A DNA stretch of 52,976 nt from Bacilli bacterium (GCA_050874705.1 JBNMLE010000003.1:1-52976), one strand, 5' to 3'. Counted from the first letter of the stretch, positions 18,730 through 28,879 are shown. Program-made: numbers and translations. The notes: generated by a model not told the origin, from the sequence alone.

Positions 18730-21509
18730 AAATCGAAATTAAAAATCTTTTTAAATCATTTGGTCAACAAGAAATTTTTGATAATGTTTCTTTATCATTT
18801 CCTGAGAAAGGTGTTGTTATTATTTGTGGTGATAGTGGTTCAGGAAAATCAACTCTTTTAAATATTATTTCAGGACAAGATTTTGATTATAAAGGTGATG
18901 TGTTTATAGATAACAAAAACATAAAAACATTTTTACAAAACGAAATAGAAAATTTAAGAATTAATAAATTCGGATTTATTTATCAAAATTTTAATTTGTT
19001 AAATTTAGAATCTGTTAAAAGCAATATTATTTTACCTTTAGATTGTTCTTCCTATTTAAGCCAAGATATTAAAAATAGAAGAGTAGCATCAACTTTAGAA
19101 TATGTAAATCTTCCAAATTATGAAGAAAAAACTATTAACAAATTATCAGGTGGAGAAAAACAAAGAACCGCTATTGCAAGAGAAATAATTAAATCTCCAT
19201 CTATTCTTCTATGTGATGAACCAACAGGATCATTAGATAGTAAAAATTCTGAGCTCATTATCTCTTTGTTAAAGAAAATTTCTGATGAAATGCTAGTAAT
19301 TATAGTCACACACGATAAGACATTTTTTAAAGAAGCAAATATTATATATAAACTTTCAAATGCAAAAATTGAATGTATTAAAAACGAAAAGACATTTGCT
19401 ATAAAAGAGAAATTTAAATTAATTGGTGGACATTTTAAAAAAAGAAAGCCACATATTCCTTTAAAGTTTGTTTTTTCTCATAGCGTTAAAAAAATGAAAG
19501 AAAGAAAAGTACGATCATTTTTAACATATACAATGCTCTCTTTTAGCTTGACAGGTATAGGTATTTCTTTGTTATTAGGTCTAACATTAAAAGACAAAAT
19601 AAATAGTTCGATTTCTTCTATAATTGATCGCGATTTAATTGTAATGAAAAATAAGAATAATAATGTATCTTCTTTTTCTAATCCTTACAGCGCCCCAAAA
19701 GGAGAAGTTGATAAAATTTATGAGAATTACAAGGATTTTATTAAAAATGTTGGTGTTTCTTATCAAATAAATTTTGAAGATTTTTTCAAAGATAGAAATG
19801 AAATTTATATAAAAAACAAGACAGATAAATACATTATTAGTTCATTAAGTTCTCGTTCTATAAACGAATATAAATATTATGAAAAAAATGAGGATGAAAT
19901 ACTATATCCTTATTCTATTGATTTCTTAGAAAATGATGAAATTATTCTTGGTTTAAATTATGTTGATATGGCTAATATTTGTTTTACTTTAAAAATACAA
20001 AGAAGCTATTCCTCGCTTGGCGAATATATTAAAACAAATGATTTATTTGTTATTTTAGATGTTAAAAACAGTGAGTGGCAGTATGAAGATGAACAAATAT
20101 TTTCTGTTAAAGCAATTAAGGAAAATAATAATACATGTATTTTTCATAGTTCCACTAATTGGAATGAATTCGTATTTGAAGAAAAAATGCGTTTTCCATC
20201 GGATGACGATAATGAAAAAATTTATCCATGGGAAATGTATAAAATCTATTATTTAAATTCTTATGGCGATCCTAAATTATTTTTAGATAAAGCAATATAC
20301 GACTATTCATTAAAAGATTTTATCTTTGAAAGAGCAAATAACTTTAATTCGCCTTTATTATGCAAAATTGGTGAAGCTTGTGAAGTTAAACGAATATACG
20401 TTTATTATGTTGATAAAGAAATGATTGATATGAATGCTTTTGAAAAAGTTCTAACTACATGCCCAAATATAAAAAACTATTATTTAACATGTGGTTTCTC
20501 ATATCAAGTATTTGAAGAAAGCTTTTTAAGTGGTTTTAGAAACAATTTTTATTTATCTCCAAACAAAGAAGTGCTTGAAATGATTTCTGATTATGAAACA
20601 AAAAACGAAACCGATAAAATTGTAATGCCAGATAATGTTTCAAATGGAAATTTTCTTATTAATTTTAACGATGGCTTTAAGTTTTCTACAATAGTTAAAG
20701 AGATATTATTAGGAAGAGAAGCTAAAAACATTGATGAAGTTTTAATTTCAAAAAAATTAAATCAAAAACTGGGCGATGTTTATGGAAAAAATATTTATGC
20801 CTGTACTCTAAAAAATCAAATTCAAAAAAATGATGGTATTGAAAATGAATATGTCATAAAGAAATTGACGGTTGTAGGAGTGGTAGATGAGGAAAAAGAG
20901 TTTCTTTATCAAGATAATAATTGGCCGATTTCTTTTTTTAGAGATTCGTTAGGCGTTTCCTCTTTTAATTTGATTCCAAACCAGATTGTATTTGAATTTG
21001 AAAATAAAACTGAATCTGAACAAACATTAAGCAAACTTGAAAAAATGTTTTCTACTGTAAAATTCGTTAATCCAAATAATTCAATTACTAAAAGCATTGA
21101 TCAAACGATGAAATATACAAATGTGATACTTTTCTCTTTTGCGTTTGTTGCTTCATGTATTTCTTTTCTTTTGCTAGCGATGGTCGTTTTCTTAAATGTT
21201 ATTGAAAGTAAGAACGAGATAGATTGTTTTAAGTTAATTGGATTAAATGAAAAGAATATAAGAAAAATCTATATTTTCGAAACGCTTTTATATGGCTTAT
21301 ATGCGTTCTTTTTGTCTTCTCTAGAAGTTGTTTTTTTCGATATTGTTTTGTCTAAAGCTATTGGAAGTATTTTCAAAAGTTCAAATAGTTTATCAATAAA
21401 CTTATTCCCAATAGCTTTATTACTATTTTTTGCAATATCATTAACAACCATTGTTGCTTTTATAGTTTGCAAAACATTAATAAAAACAAAGAAGAAAATT
21501 AATCATTAA
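18726..21509 (+). CDS. ABC transporter ATPase-permease fusion (MacB/FtsX-like)
   Basis: GDSGSGKS, LSGGEKQR, LCDEPTGSLD, large extracellular region, C-terminal TMs. Confidence 0.85.
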   Translation: MKIEIKNLFKSFGQQEIFDNVSLSFPEKGVVIICGDSGSGKSTLLNIISGQDFDYKGDVFIDNKNIKTFLQNEIENLRINKFGFIYQNFNLLNLESVKSNIILPLDCSSYLSQDIKNRRVASTLEYVNLPNYEEKTINKLSGGEKQRTAIAREIIKSPSILLCDEPTGSLDSKNSELIISLLKKISDEMLVIIVTHDKTFFKEANIIYKLSNAKIECIKNEKTFAIKEKFKLIGGHFKKRKPHIPLKFVFSHSVKKMKERKVRSFLTYTMLSFSLTGIGISLLLGLTLKDKINSSISSIIDRDLIVMKNKNNNVSSFSNPYSAPKGEVDKIYENYKDFIKNVGVSYQINFEDFFKDRNEIYIKNKTDKYIISSLSSRSINEYKYYEKNEDEILYPYSIDFLENDEIILGLNYVDMANICFTLKIQRSYSSLGEYIKTNDLFVILDVKNSEWQYEDEQIFSVKAIKENNNTCIFHSSTNWNEFVFEEKMRFPSDDDNEKIYPWEMYKIYYLNSYGDPKLFLDKAIYDYSLKDFIFERANNFNSPLLCKIGEACEVKRIYVYYVDKEMIDMNAFEKVLTTCPNIKNYYLTCGFSYQVFEESFLSGFRNNFYLSPNKEVLEMISDYETKNETDKIVMPDNVSNGNFLINFNDGFKFSTIVKEILLGREAKNIDEVLISKKLNQKLGDVYGKNIYACTLKNQIQKNDGIENEYVIKKLTVVGVVDEEKEFLYQDNNWPISFFRDSLGVSSFNLIPNQIVFEFENKTESEQTLSKLEKMFSTVKFVNPNNSITKSIDQTMKYTNVILFSFAFVASCISFLLLAMVVFLNVIESKNEIDCFKLIGLNEKNIRKIYIFETLLYGLYAFFLSSLEVVFFDIVLSKAIGSIFKSSNSLSINLFPIALLLFFAISLTTIVAFIVCKTLIKTKKKINH

Positions 21510-22362
21510 TTGATTCATGCACTCCATCATAAAAGAATTGAACTCCAAGTACAGATGGCCCAGCATGGTATGAATTTGTCGGCGAAGCAGGAGAAAAATA
21601 TACTTTTTTAAATCCTTTGTTAAGTAAATACTCTTTAACCTCTTTTATGGTTTCTTCGTCGCATGTTGAAATATTAATATAGGCCGCAGATAAATCCAAA
21701 TTTTTATATGAATTTAATCTATCTTCGACATATTTTTTAATGCATTTTTGTGAATTTCCACGATATATTTTTCCTATAGTGAAAGCTCCTTCTTTATTTG
21801 TTTCAATTACAGGTCGAAGTTTTAAAAGTTTCGTCGCATAAAATTTTAATGCTGTGCATCTTCCACCTTTATATAGATAATCAAGATCTTTAATTATAAA
21901 TGAAGTTGAAAGATAAGGAATTCTTTCTTCACATTTTTGGCATATCTCTTCAAAACTATAACCTTCCTTATTTAGTTTTATTGCATATAAAACAAGAAGA
22001 GCAGTAGCTCCGCTTGTGCCTCTCGAATCTATTATTCTTATATGTGGATTATTGTTTGATGCAGCAATTGCGTTGCTATAACATCCAGAAAGTTTTGATG
22101 ACATTGTAAAATGTATTAGATAATCATTTTCTTTTAATTGTTTTTCAAAAAAGTTTTGATATTCACCAATATTTGGTGCGGCTGTATGGCACATTATTTT
22201 TGTTTTATTTGTAAACTCAAACAATTCTTGAGTTGAAAATGTATCATCTCTATATGTTTTACCTTCTTTTTCAGTACTAAAATGAATAATAGGGATGTTA
22301 TATTCTTCAATTAATTCTTTTGTTAAGTCCGCTGTGCTTGTTGCGCTAATTAAAATTTTCAT
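21499..22362 (-). CDS. DegV family fatty-acid-binding protein
   Basis: STADL, TAAP, MSSKLSG, IDS, YLYKGGR, HAGP. Confidence 0.9.
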   Translation of the reverse strand: MKILISATSTADLTKELIEEYNIPIIHFSTEKEGKTYRDDTFSTQELFEFTNKTKIMCHTAAPNIGEYQNFFEKQLKENDYLIHFTMSSKLSGCYSNAIAASNNNPHIRIIDSRGTSGATALLVLYAIKLNKEGYSFEEICQKCEERIPYLSTSFIIKDLDYLYKGGRCTALKFYATKLLKLRPVIETNKEGAFTIGKIYRGNSQKCIKKYVEDRLNSYKNLDLSAAYINISTCDEETIKEVKEYLLNKGFKKVYFSPASPTNSYHAGPSVLGVQFFYDGVHESIND

Positions 22363-22419
22363 ATTGTTTCCTCACTATCTTTTATATAATATAAATGAGA
22401 AAAAAATCGTATGAATATA

Positions 22420-22448
22420 TTGATAGATTTTATTTCGTAGAATACAAT
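22420..22448 (+). promoter_or_regulatory. Sigma-A promoter of XRE-M6 protease operon
   Basis: TTGATA-17 nt-TACAAT. Confidence 0.6.
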
Positions 22449-22472
22449 TCTACCAGTAGTAGAGAGCAAAAT

Positions 22473-23099
22473 ATGGATATAAAAAAGAATGTAGCAAACA
22501 ACATTGCAAACTTAAGAAAAAAGAATAGGTGGACACAAGCTGAACTTGCAGAAAAAATCAATTATTCTGACAAAGCAGTTTCAAAATGGGAAAGAGGAGA
22601 AGCTGTTCCTGACATTGATACTCTTTATATGTTAGCCAATTTATTTAATGTAAAAATTGATTATTTTGTATATGACGATCACGAAGTTCAAAAAGAAATG
22701 ACTGTTCCAAAAATTGAAGGGTTATTTAAAAAACTAGCGGTTTTATTTCTATTCTCTTTAGCAACTGTACTTATAGCACTATTAATTTATGTCATTGGCG
22801 ATTCACAAAATTGGGATAATAAACCTTATTTATGGATGTCTTTTATTTGGGCTACGCCAATTCTTGCAACGATTACATTTGTGTTTTTCATTATTAATAA
22901 AATATGGTTAGGTTCACTAATTTCTTGTGGAATGATTGTTGTATGTTTGATTGGATGCATTTTTGGTGAATTTCTAATTCATAATATTCTAGGTGGAAAT
23001 GCGTGGATGGTTTGGCTATTTGTTCCAATTATTGTCGGTGCAATTGTTTTGATATTTTTTATGAGAAAAAGTAAAGGACAAATGAGGTTCAAACAATGA
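22473..23099 (+). CDS. XRE-family HTH regulator with membrane domain
   Basis: LRKKNRWTQAELAEKINYSDKAVSKWERG plus about 4 TMs; promoter position favours ATG 22473 (ORF from 22395). Confidence 0.85.
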   Translation: MDIKKNVANNIANLRKKNRWTQAELAEKINYSDKAVSKWERGEAVPDIDTLYMLANLFNVKIDYFVYDDHEVQKEMTVPKIEGLFKKLAVLFLFSLATVLIALLIYVIGDSQNWDNKPYLWMSFIWATPILATITFVFFIINKIWLGSLISCGMIVVCLIGCIFGEFLIHNILGGNAWMVWLFVPIIVGAIVLIFFMRKSKGQMRFKQ

Positions 23100-24601
23100 A
23101 AAATAACAAAAAATTGATTACATGTTTTTTATTTAGTTCAAGTCTACTTTTTTCATGTTCTTTATTTAATAATAATTTGGAAAATAGATCAGTTCCTGAT
23201 ATTGATGATGTAAATGGAGAAAGCGGTGAAGGATATTCAAAAATTAATTCCACATCTTTTTCGATGAATGATGTTTATGATTTAAACAACATGAAGTGTC
23301 TTCCATCAATTGGAGATTCATCAATATTAGTTGTGCCCGTGGAAACTAGCGACGCCCCTAAGTGGAACGAAACTATGTTAAATAATTTAAATTTGGCTTT
23401 TTTTGGAAATAGTGAAGAAACAGGTTGGGAATCAGTTTCTTCTTTTTATAAAAAAAGTAGCTATGGGAAACTAAATATTTCCGGTGAAATTGCTCCAACT
23501 TTAAAATTGAATTATACAACATCCACTTTAGCGGACGCTTATGTAGATACAAATGGTGAAAAATCACCTTATTTAATTGCAATAGATTCATTTGAAAAAA
23601 ATGTAACTTATGATTCTTATAGGAAAGAATTTGACAAAGATAAAGATGGATATGTTGATTCAATTGCTTTTATTTATTCAAACGCAATTGATTCTGAAAA
23701 TGGATATTGGGCAGTTACATCTTGGGTTAATTCAAATGCAAACTTTTCCCTTCCGAATACAAATGCATTTATGTGGGCATCTTACAATTTCATAAGCGGA
23801 AGTCAAAAACATAATCGCATTTATCCTTATGCTGCTTACGGAAATTTAGTTGATGCTCACACAATTATTCATGAGACCGGTCATCTTTTAGGACTCGACG
23901 ACTATTACTGTTATGATGAAGATGGTTGGGATCCTAGCGGAGCTATTGAAATGCACGCAAACAATGTTGGTGATGAATCAATTTATTCTAAATTTCAACT
24001 TGGATGGGTAAATCCTATTTATGTAAAAACTGACGATTCCGTCACATTAACTTTAAGAACATCATCAAAATATCCTGATGCAGTTTTAATAAATGACTTT
24101 TGGAATAATTCGTCTTGTGATGAATATTTGTTAATCGAATATTATTCTCCTGATATTTTAAATAACAAAGACGCAATTGATCCATATCCGGGAAATGGAT
24201 TTAGGATATATACAACTAGTGGTTTTCGCATTTACCATGTTGATGCAAGAATAGTTGAACTTACTCCTCGTGGGACAATGATTGACTATAGCGATAAACT
24301 TGAAAGCGGAAAGAATTATTTTGTCGGGGCATCGAATTCTGCATCTTTGTCTTATTTAAAAACACACCAAGATGATTTTAAATTACTTCATTTAATGGAA
24401 GCTGGTGGAGTAAACACTTTTAAAAGAAGAGGTGGAAACGCATCGAATAAAACTTTATTTAAAAAGAATGATATATTTGAACCTTCAAAAGAATTCTTTT
24501 ATAATAATAATAAATTTAATAGTGGTGAAGATATTGGGTATAAGATTTTCATAAACGATAGTTCTGATTTTCAAGGAACTTTAACTATACAAAAAAATTA
24601 A
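23096..24601 (+). CDS. M6-family (immune inhibitor A-like) zinc metalloprotease lipoprotein
   Basis: Signal ending LLFSC, SYGKL motif, HETGHLLGLDDYY. Confidence 0.8.
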   Translation: MKNNKKLITCFLFSSSLLFSCSLFNNNLENRSVPDIDDVNGESGEGYSKINSTSFSMNDVYDLNNMKCLPSIGDSSILVVPVETSDAPKWNETMLNNLNLAFFGNSEETGWESVSSFYKKSSYGKLNISGEIAPTLKLNYTTSTLADAYVDTNGEKSPYLIAIDSFEKNVTYDSYRKEFDKDKDGYVDSIAFIYSNAIDSENGYWAVTSWVNSNANFSLPNTNAFMWASYNFISGSQKHNRIYPYAAYGNLVDAHTIIHETGHLLGLDDYYCYDEDGWDPSGAIEMHANNVGDESIYSKFQLGWVNPIYVKTDDSVTLTLRTSSKYPDAVLINDFWNNSSCDEYLLIEYYSPDILNNKDAIDPYPGNGFRIYTTSGFRIYHVDARIVELTPRGTMIDYSDKLESGKNYFVGASNSASLSYLKTHQDDFKLLHLMEAGGVNTFKRRGGNASNKTLFKKNDIFEPSKEFFYNNNKFNSGEDIGYKIFINDSSDFQGTLTIQKN

Positions 24602-24632
24602 ATTTATTATCGTTGATAATAGGAAAGGATTT

Positions 24633-24833
24633 ATGAAAGGTAAAGTTATTCGCTTTAATCCAGAAAAAGGATTTGGATTCATTAAAACCGATGATGGCAA
24701 AGACGTTTTCTTCCATTATTCATCATTAGTGATGGATGGATTTAAAACTATTGATGTTAATTCGATTGTTGAATTTGATATCCAAGAATCTGAAAAAGGT
24801 TTACGCGCTTCAAACATCAGAAAAGTTGCTTAA
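24633..24833 (+). CDS. Cold shock protein
   Basis: KGFGFI and VFFHYS RNP motifs. Confidence 0.95.
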   Translation: MKGKVIRFNPEKGFGFIKTDDGKDVFFHYSSLVMDGFKTIDVNSIVEFDIQESEKGLRASNIRKVA

Positions 24834-24848
24834 GTCATAAGCCATTTA

Positions 24849-24878
24849 AAGAGCCTACTTTGTTAGGCTTTTTATTTT
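24849..24878 (+). terminator. Terminator after cold shock gene
   Basis: GAGCCTA-loop-TAGGCTT plus T-rich tail. Confidence 0.7.
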
Positions 24879-24916
24879 ATAAAAATATTTTATTTTTAAT
24901 ATATATGGATTAAAAT

Positions 24917-25594
24917 ATGAATAGTATGGAAAAGGTAAGAACTATTTTACTTTCAAGAAGCATGTATGATGATAACGATAAAGAAGCAGACATGCTAAGA
25001 GAATATTTAAAGAAAAGCAAGACATTGCTAATTAATGTTATGTCTTCTCCTGGCGCAGGGAAAACAACAACCCTTATTGCTTTGATTAATAAATTATCCA
25101 CTAACTATCGTGTTGGAGTTATGGAAGCGGATATTGATAGCGATGTAGACGCTAATAAAATCGCGAAATCAACAAACGCTAAGTCAATTCAACTTCATAC
25201 TGGTGGCATGTGCCATCTAGATGCTGGAATGACTAGAAGAGGACTAGATGAATTAAATATTGATGATTTAGATATTGTCTTTTTAGAAAATGTTGGAAAT
25301 TTGGTTTGCCCTGCTGAATTTGATACTGGTTCACTAATGAATATGATGATTTTATCTATTCCAGAAGGCGATGATAAACCTCTTAAATATCCTTTAATAT
25401 TTGAAAAATCAGATCTTGTAGTTATTAACAAAATTGATACATTGCCATTTTTTGATTTTTCATTAGAAAAATGCAAAGAATATATATATTCTCGCAATAA
25501 AAGTGCTACAATAATTTCAATCTCTGCTAAAAATGGAGAAGGAATAGATGATTTGGCTAATTATATAACCAAAAAACTCAAGGAGATAATATAA
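24917..25594 (+). CDS. hypB: Nickel-insertion GTPase HypB (copy 1)
   Basis: SSPGAGKTT, TGGMCHLDA, ENVGNLVCPAEFD, EGDDKPLKYP, NKID; start could be 24926. Confidence 0.93.
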   Translation: MNSMEKVRTILLSRSMYDDNDKEADMLREYLKKSKTLLINVMSSPGAGKTTTLIALINKLSTNYRVGVMEADIDSDVDANKIAKSTNAKSIQLHTGGMCHLDAGMTRRGLDELNIDDLDIVFLENVGNLVCPAEFDTGSLMNMMILSIPEGDDKPLKYPLIFEKSDLVVINKIDTLPFFDFSLEKCKEYIYSRNKSATIISISAKNGEGIDDLANYITKKLKEII

Positions 25595-25604
25595 GGAGAA
25601 CTTT

Positions 25605-28466
25605 ATGCCAGAGCAAAATAAGAAAATTATTTCTAAGTATCAAGGAGAAAAAGACCTAGACAAAGCATATGCTGAGTTAGGAAAAAAGATTACTGATGTC
25701 GTTCCTCACAAACTAAAAGGCGTCACTTCAAATGATCCAGAATACTGGGGTTTAAAAGAAGTCTTAACACCTGAAATGGTTGCGTTAGGAAACAAGATGA
25801 AACTTCGCAAATATTATACTTTTGAAGAATTAATGGAAATGAACAAAGACATGGAACCATGCGATCTTCAAAAATTGCTTGATGAGATGTCAATTATCGG
25901 CATTATCGAATATGATTATGGTGACAATTACGATCATAATGGAGAATTGAAAGACAAACCTAGAATTAAACGTTATCGTTTACCTTATTTTGTTCCAGGT
26001 AGTGCTGAATTATTTAATTCAACTGTTGATAGAATTGAAAAAAATCCTGCTGTTGCTTCTTTCTTTGAAAGAATGACTTTTATTCCACTTGCAGGTGTTA
26101 CTCAAATGCTTCCACCTGGTGGAGATGGTGTTGGAATGCATGTTATTCCAGTTGAAAAAGCTATTAATTCCAAATCCGAGTCAGTTGATTTAGAGCACAT
26201 TTCTTATTGGCTTAAAAAATACGAAGGTCATATTTCCGCAGGTATATGCTCTTGCCGTGCAAGTAGAGCTTTCTTAGGTGATGGCTGTTCTGATGATAAC
26301 CAAGATTGGTGTATTCAACTTGGTGATATGGCTGATTATACTGTCGAAACAGGTCGTGCGCATTATATTACAAAAGAACGCGCTCTTGAAATTCTTGAAA
26401 TTTCTGAAAAGAACGGATATGTGCACCAAATCACTAACATTGATGGTGAAAACAAGATTTTTGATATTTGTAACTGCAATGTCAAGATTTGTAACGCTTT
26501 AAGAACTTCTTTATTGTTCAATACTCCATATTTATCAAGGAGTTCATTCACTGCAAAAGTTGATCCAAAAAATTGTGTTGCTTGTGGTAAATGTGTTGAA
26601 TCCTGCCCAGCTGGTGCTGTTAAATTAGGACAAAAGATGTGCCATAAAAATGGTAAACCAGTCACTTATCCACATGCCCCATTACCAGATAACAATATTT
26701 GGGGTCCATATGCTTGGGATGAAGAATATCGTGATACTGCTCGTATGTCTAATACATATGAAAGTGGAAGTGCACCATGTAAAGCTGCATGTCCAGCACA
26801 TGTCCCTGTCCAAGCTTATTTAAAACTTGCTCATGATGGCAAATATAAAGAAGCACTTGCAATGATTAAAACAGAAAACCCATTCCCAGCGGTATGTGGT
26901 CGTATTTGTAATAAACGTTGTGAAGACGCTTGTACTCGTGGAGATATAGATGCACCTGTATCAATTGATGCAGTTAAGAAATATGTTGCTGACTTAGATT
27001 TAAATGCAAAAGATCGCTATATTCCTGAAAAATTAATACAATCAGCAGTTCTTGATCATTTCGATGAAAAGATTGCTATTATCGGGGCTGGTCCAGCAGG
27101 TTTAAGTGCTGCATATTATTTAGCATTAATGGGTTATAAACCAACAGTATTTGAAAAGAATCAAAGACCTGGTGGTATGTTAATGTATGGTATTCCAACA
27201 TATAAACTTGAAAAAGATGTTATCGATGCTGAAATAGAAGTTATTAAACAACTAGGTGTTGAAATTAAATGTGGTGTAAATGTTGGTGAAGATATTTCAA
27301 TCGACGAACTCAAAAAACAAGGATACAAAGCCTTCTATATCGCAATTGGATGCCAAGGTGGTAGACGTCCAGGTATTAAAAACGATGATGCAATCGGAAC
27401 TGAAATTGCTGTTGAATATTTGCATAATTCATTCGAAAAACGTGAACAATTTAATGGCGATGTCGTTGTTATCGGTGGTGGTAATGTCGCTATCGACTGC
27501 GCTCGTAATGCTCACCGTTTAGGCGCTAAATCCGTTTCAATGTTCTCTCTTGAAGATCGTGATTCAATGCCTGCAAGCAAAGAAGAAATCAAAGAAACAC
27601 TTGAAGAAAATGTTTCTATTAATAACTCTTGGGGCCCAAAAGAAGTTATCGTTGATGAAAACAATCATGTAACTGCTATTGTTCTTAAAAAATGCTTAAG
27701 AACTATTGATCCTGAAACAAAGAAATTCTCACCTTTATATGATGAAAATGAAACAATGACTGTAGCTGCAGACAAAATTGTGTTCGCTATTGGTCAAACT
27801 ATCAATTGGGGTAAATTGCTTGAAAACACTAAAGTTACATTCTGGCATGGTAATTATCCAATTGCTGATAAACTTACATATCAAACTGCTGATGAAGATA
27901 TATTTGTTGGTGGTGATGTATTTACTGGACCACGCTTTGTTATCGACGCTATTGCAGCGGGTCACGAAGCTGCTGAAAGCTTGCATCGTCATGTAAGACC
28001 TCTTGCTTCATTAACAATTGGTAGAGATCGTCGTCGTTTTGTCACTCTTGATAAGAAAGATCTTCAATATCCTTCTTACGATACAATGGGTAGACAAGAA
28101 GCTGGCATGGATGAATCAATCGATTACAAGAATTCTTTCAAAGACGCTCATAAAGACTTAACCGAAGAACAAGTCCATATCGAAACAGGACGTTGCCTCT
28201 CTTGTGGTGTATCATATGTCGATCCTAATAAATGTATTGGATGCGGTATTTGTACAACTAGATGTAAATTTGACGCAATTCATCTTGTGAGAGATCGCCC
28301 AGATTGCACAAAAATGGTTGCAGGTGAAGAAAAAATTAAATACATGCTTCCATATGTAATCAAACGTGGATTCAAGATTCTCGGTCACTCTGGCAGTAAA
28401 GAAGCTAGAGAACTTGCTAAAAAACGTCGTGCATATAAAAAAGCACAAAAGGCTAATAAAAAATAA
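25605..28466 (+). CDS. Large FAD/NAD(P)-dependent Fe-S oxidoreductase (GltD-like core, ferredoxin motifs, Cys-rich N-terminal domain)
   Basis: CVACGKCVESCP; PCKAACP...CGRICNKRCEDAC; GAGPAG; GGGNVAIDCA; GGD; RCLSC; CIGCGICTTRC. Confidence 0.88.
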   Translation: MPEQNKKIISKYQGEKDLDKAYAELGKKITDVVPHKLKGVTSNDPEYWGLKEVLTPEMVALGNKMKLRKYYTFEELMEMNKDMEPCDLQKLLDEMSIIGIIEYDYGDNYDHNGELKDKPRIKRYRLPYFVPGSAELFNSTVDRIEKNPAVASFFERMTFIPLAGVTQMLPPGGDGVGMHVIPVEKAINSKSESVDLEHISYWLKKYEGHISAGICSCRASRAFLGDGCSDDNQDWCIQLGDMADYTVETGRAHYITKERALEILEISEKNGYVHQITNIDGENKIFDICNCNVKICNALRTSLLFNTPYLSRSSFTAKVDPKNCVACGKCVESCPAGAVKLGQKMCHKNGKPVTYPHAPLPDNNIWGPYAWDEEYRDTARMSNTYESGSAPCKAACPAHVPVQAYLKLAHDGKYKEALAMIKTENPFPAVCGRICNKRCEDACTRGDIDAPVSIDAVKKYVADLDLNAKDRYIPEKLIQSAVLDHFDEKIAIIGAGPAGLSAAYYLALMGYKPTVFEKNQRPGGMLMYGIPTYKLEKDVIDAEIEVIKQLGVEIKCGVNVGEDISIDELKKQGYKAFYIAIGCQGGRRPGIKNDDAIGTEIAVEYLHNSFEKREQFNGDVVVIGGGNVAIDCARNAHRLGAKSVSMFSLEDRDSMPASKEEIKETLEENVSINNSWGPKEVIVDENNHVTAIVLKKCLRTIDPETKKFSPLYDENETMTVAADKIVFAIGQTINWGKLLENTKVTFWHGNYPIADKLTYQTADEDIFVGGDVFTGPRFVIDAIAAGHEAAESLHRHVRPLASLTIGRDRRRFVTLDKKDLQYPSYDTMGRQEAGMDESIDYKNSFKDAHKDLTEEQVHIETGRCLSCGVSYVDPNKCIGCGICTTRCKFDAIHLVRDRPDCTKMVAGEEKIKYMLPYVIKRGFKILGHSGSKEARELAKKRRAYKKAQKANKK

Positions 28467-28468
28467 TT

Positions 28469-28813
28469 ATGCATGAATTAGGCATAGTTGTTCATGTCAT
28501 TGATCAAATCGAAAAAATTGCTGAAGAAAATAAAGTAAACAAAGTTGTAAAACTTACTTTAGAAATAGGTGAAGTTTCAACAATTGTTCCTTCTTATTTC
28601 AGAGATTGCTTTGAGTGGTCAAAGAAGAAAACAAAATACATGAAAGATTGCCAACTAGAATTAATTATTATTGAAGGCAAATCTTATTGTAAAAATTGTA
28701 AAAAAACTTATAAAACAACTGAATATGCAAAAGAATGTCCTTATTGCCATAGTTTAGATACATATTTAATTACTGGCAATGAAGCAAATATAAAAGATAT
28801 TCAAGTAATCTAA
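28469..28813 (+). CDS. hypA: Nickel metallochaperone HypA
   Basis: N-terminal MHE, IGEVS, CKNC...CPYC zinc site. Confidence 0.93.
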   Translation: MHELGIVVHVIDQIEKIAEENKVNKVVKLTLEIGEVSTIVPSYFRDCFEWSKKKTKYMKDCQLELIIIEGKSYCKNCKKTYKTTEYAKECPYCHSLDTYLITGNEANIKDIQVI

Positions 28814-28838
28814 AAAGAGAGCAAGTGCTCTCTTTTTT
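28812..28838 (+). terminator. Terminator of hypB-oxidoreductase-hypA operon
   Basis: AAAAAGAGAGCA-AG-TGCTCTCTTTTT. Confidence 0.8.
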
Positions 28839-28853
28839 CAATTATTTTGCAAT

Positions 28854-28879
28854 AAAAAAGCAAGAGTTAATCTTGCTTT
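28854..28879 (-). terminator. Terminator of isomerase gene
   Basis: AAAGCAAGA-GTTAA-TCTTGCTTT with A run on the left (U tail on the minus strand). Confidence 0.75.

Noticed and set aside
25605-28466. Naming the oxidoreductase gltD
   Set aside because: Twice the usual size, extra domains and no gltB; only the core fold is shared
24917-28813. Calling the hyp locus a hydrogenase operon
   Set aside because: The 953-aa protein shows neither [NiFe] large-subunit RxCGxC/DPCxxC motifs nor [FeFe] H-cluster motifs, and hypCDEF are absent from the window
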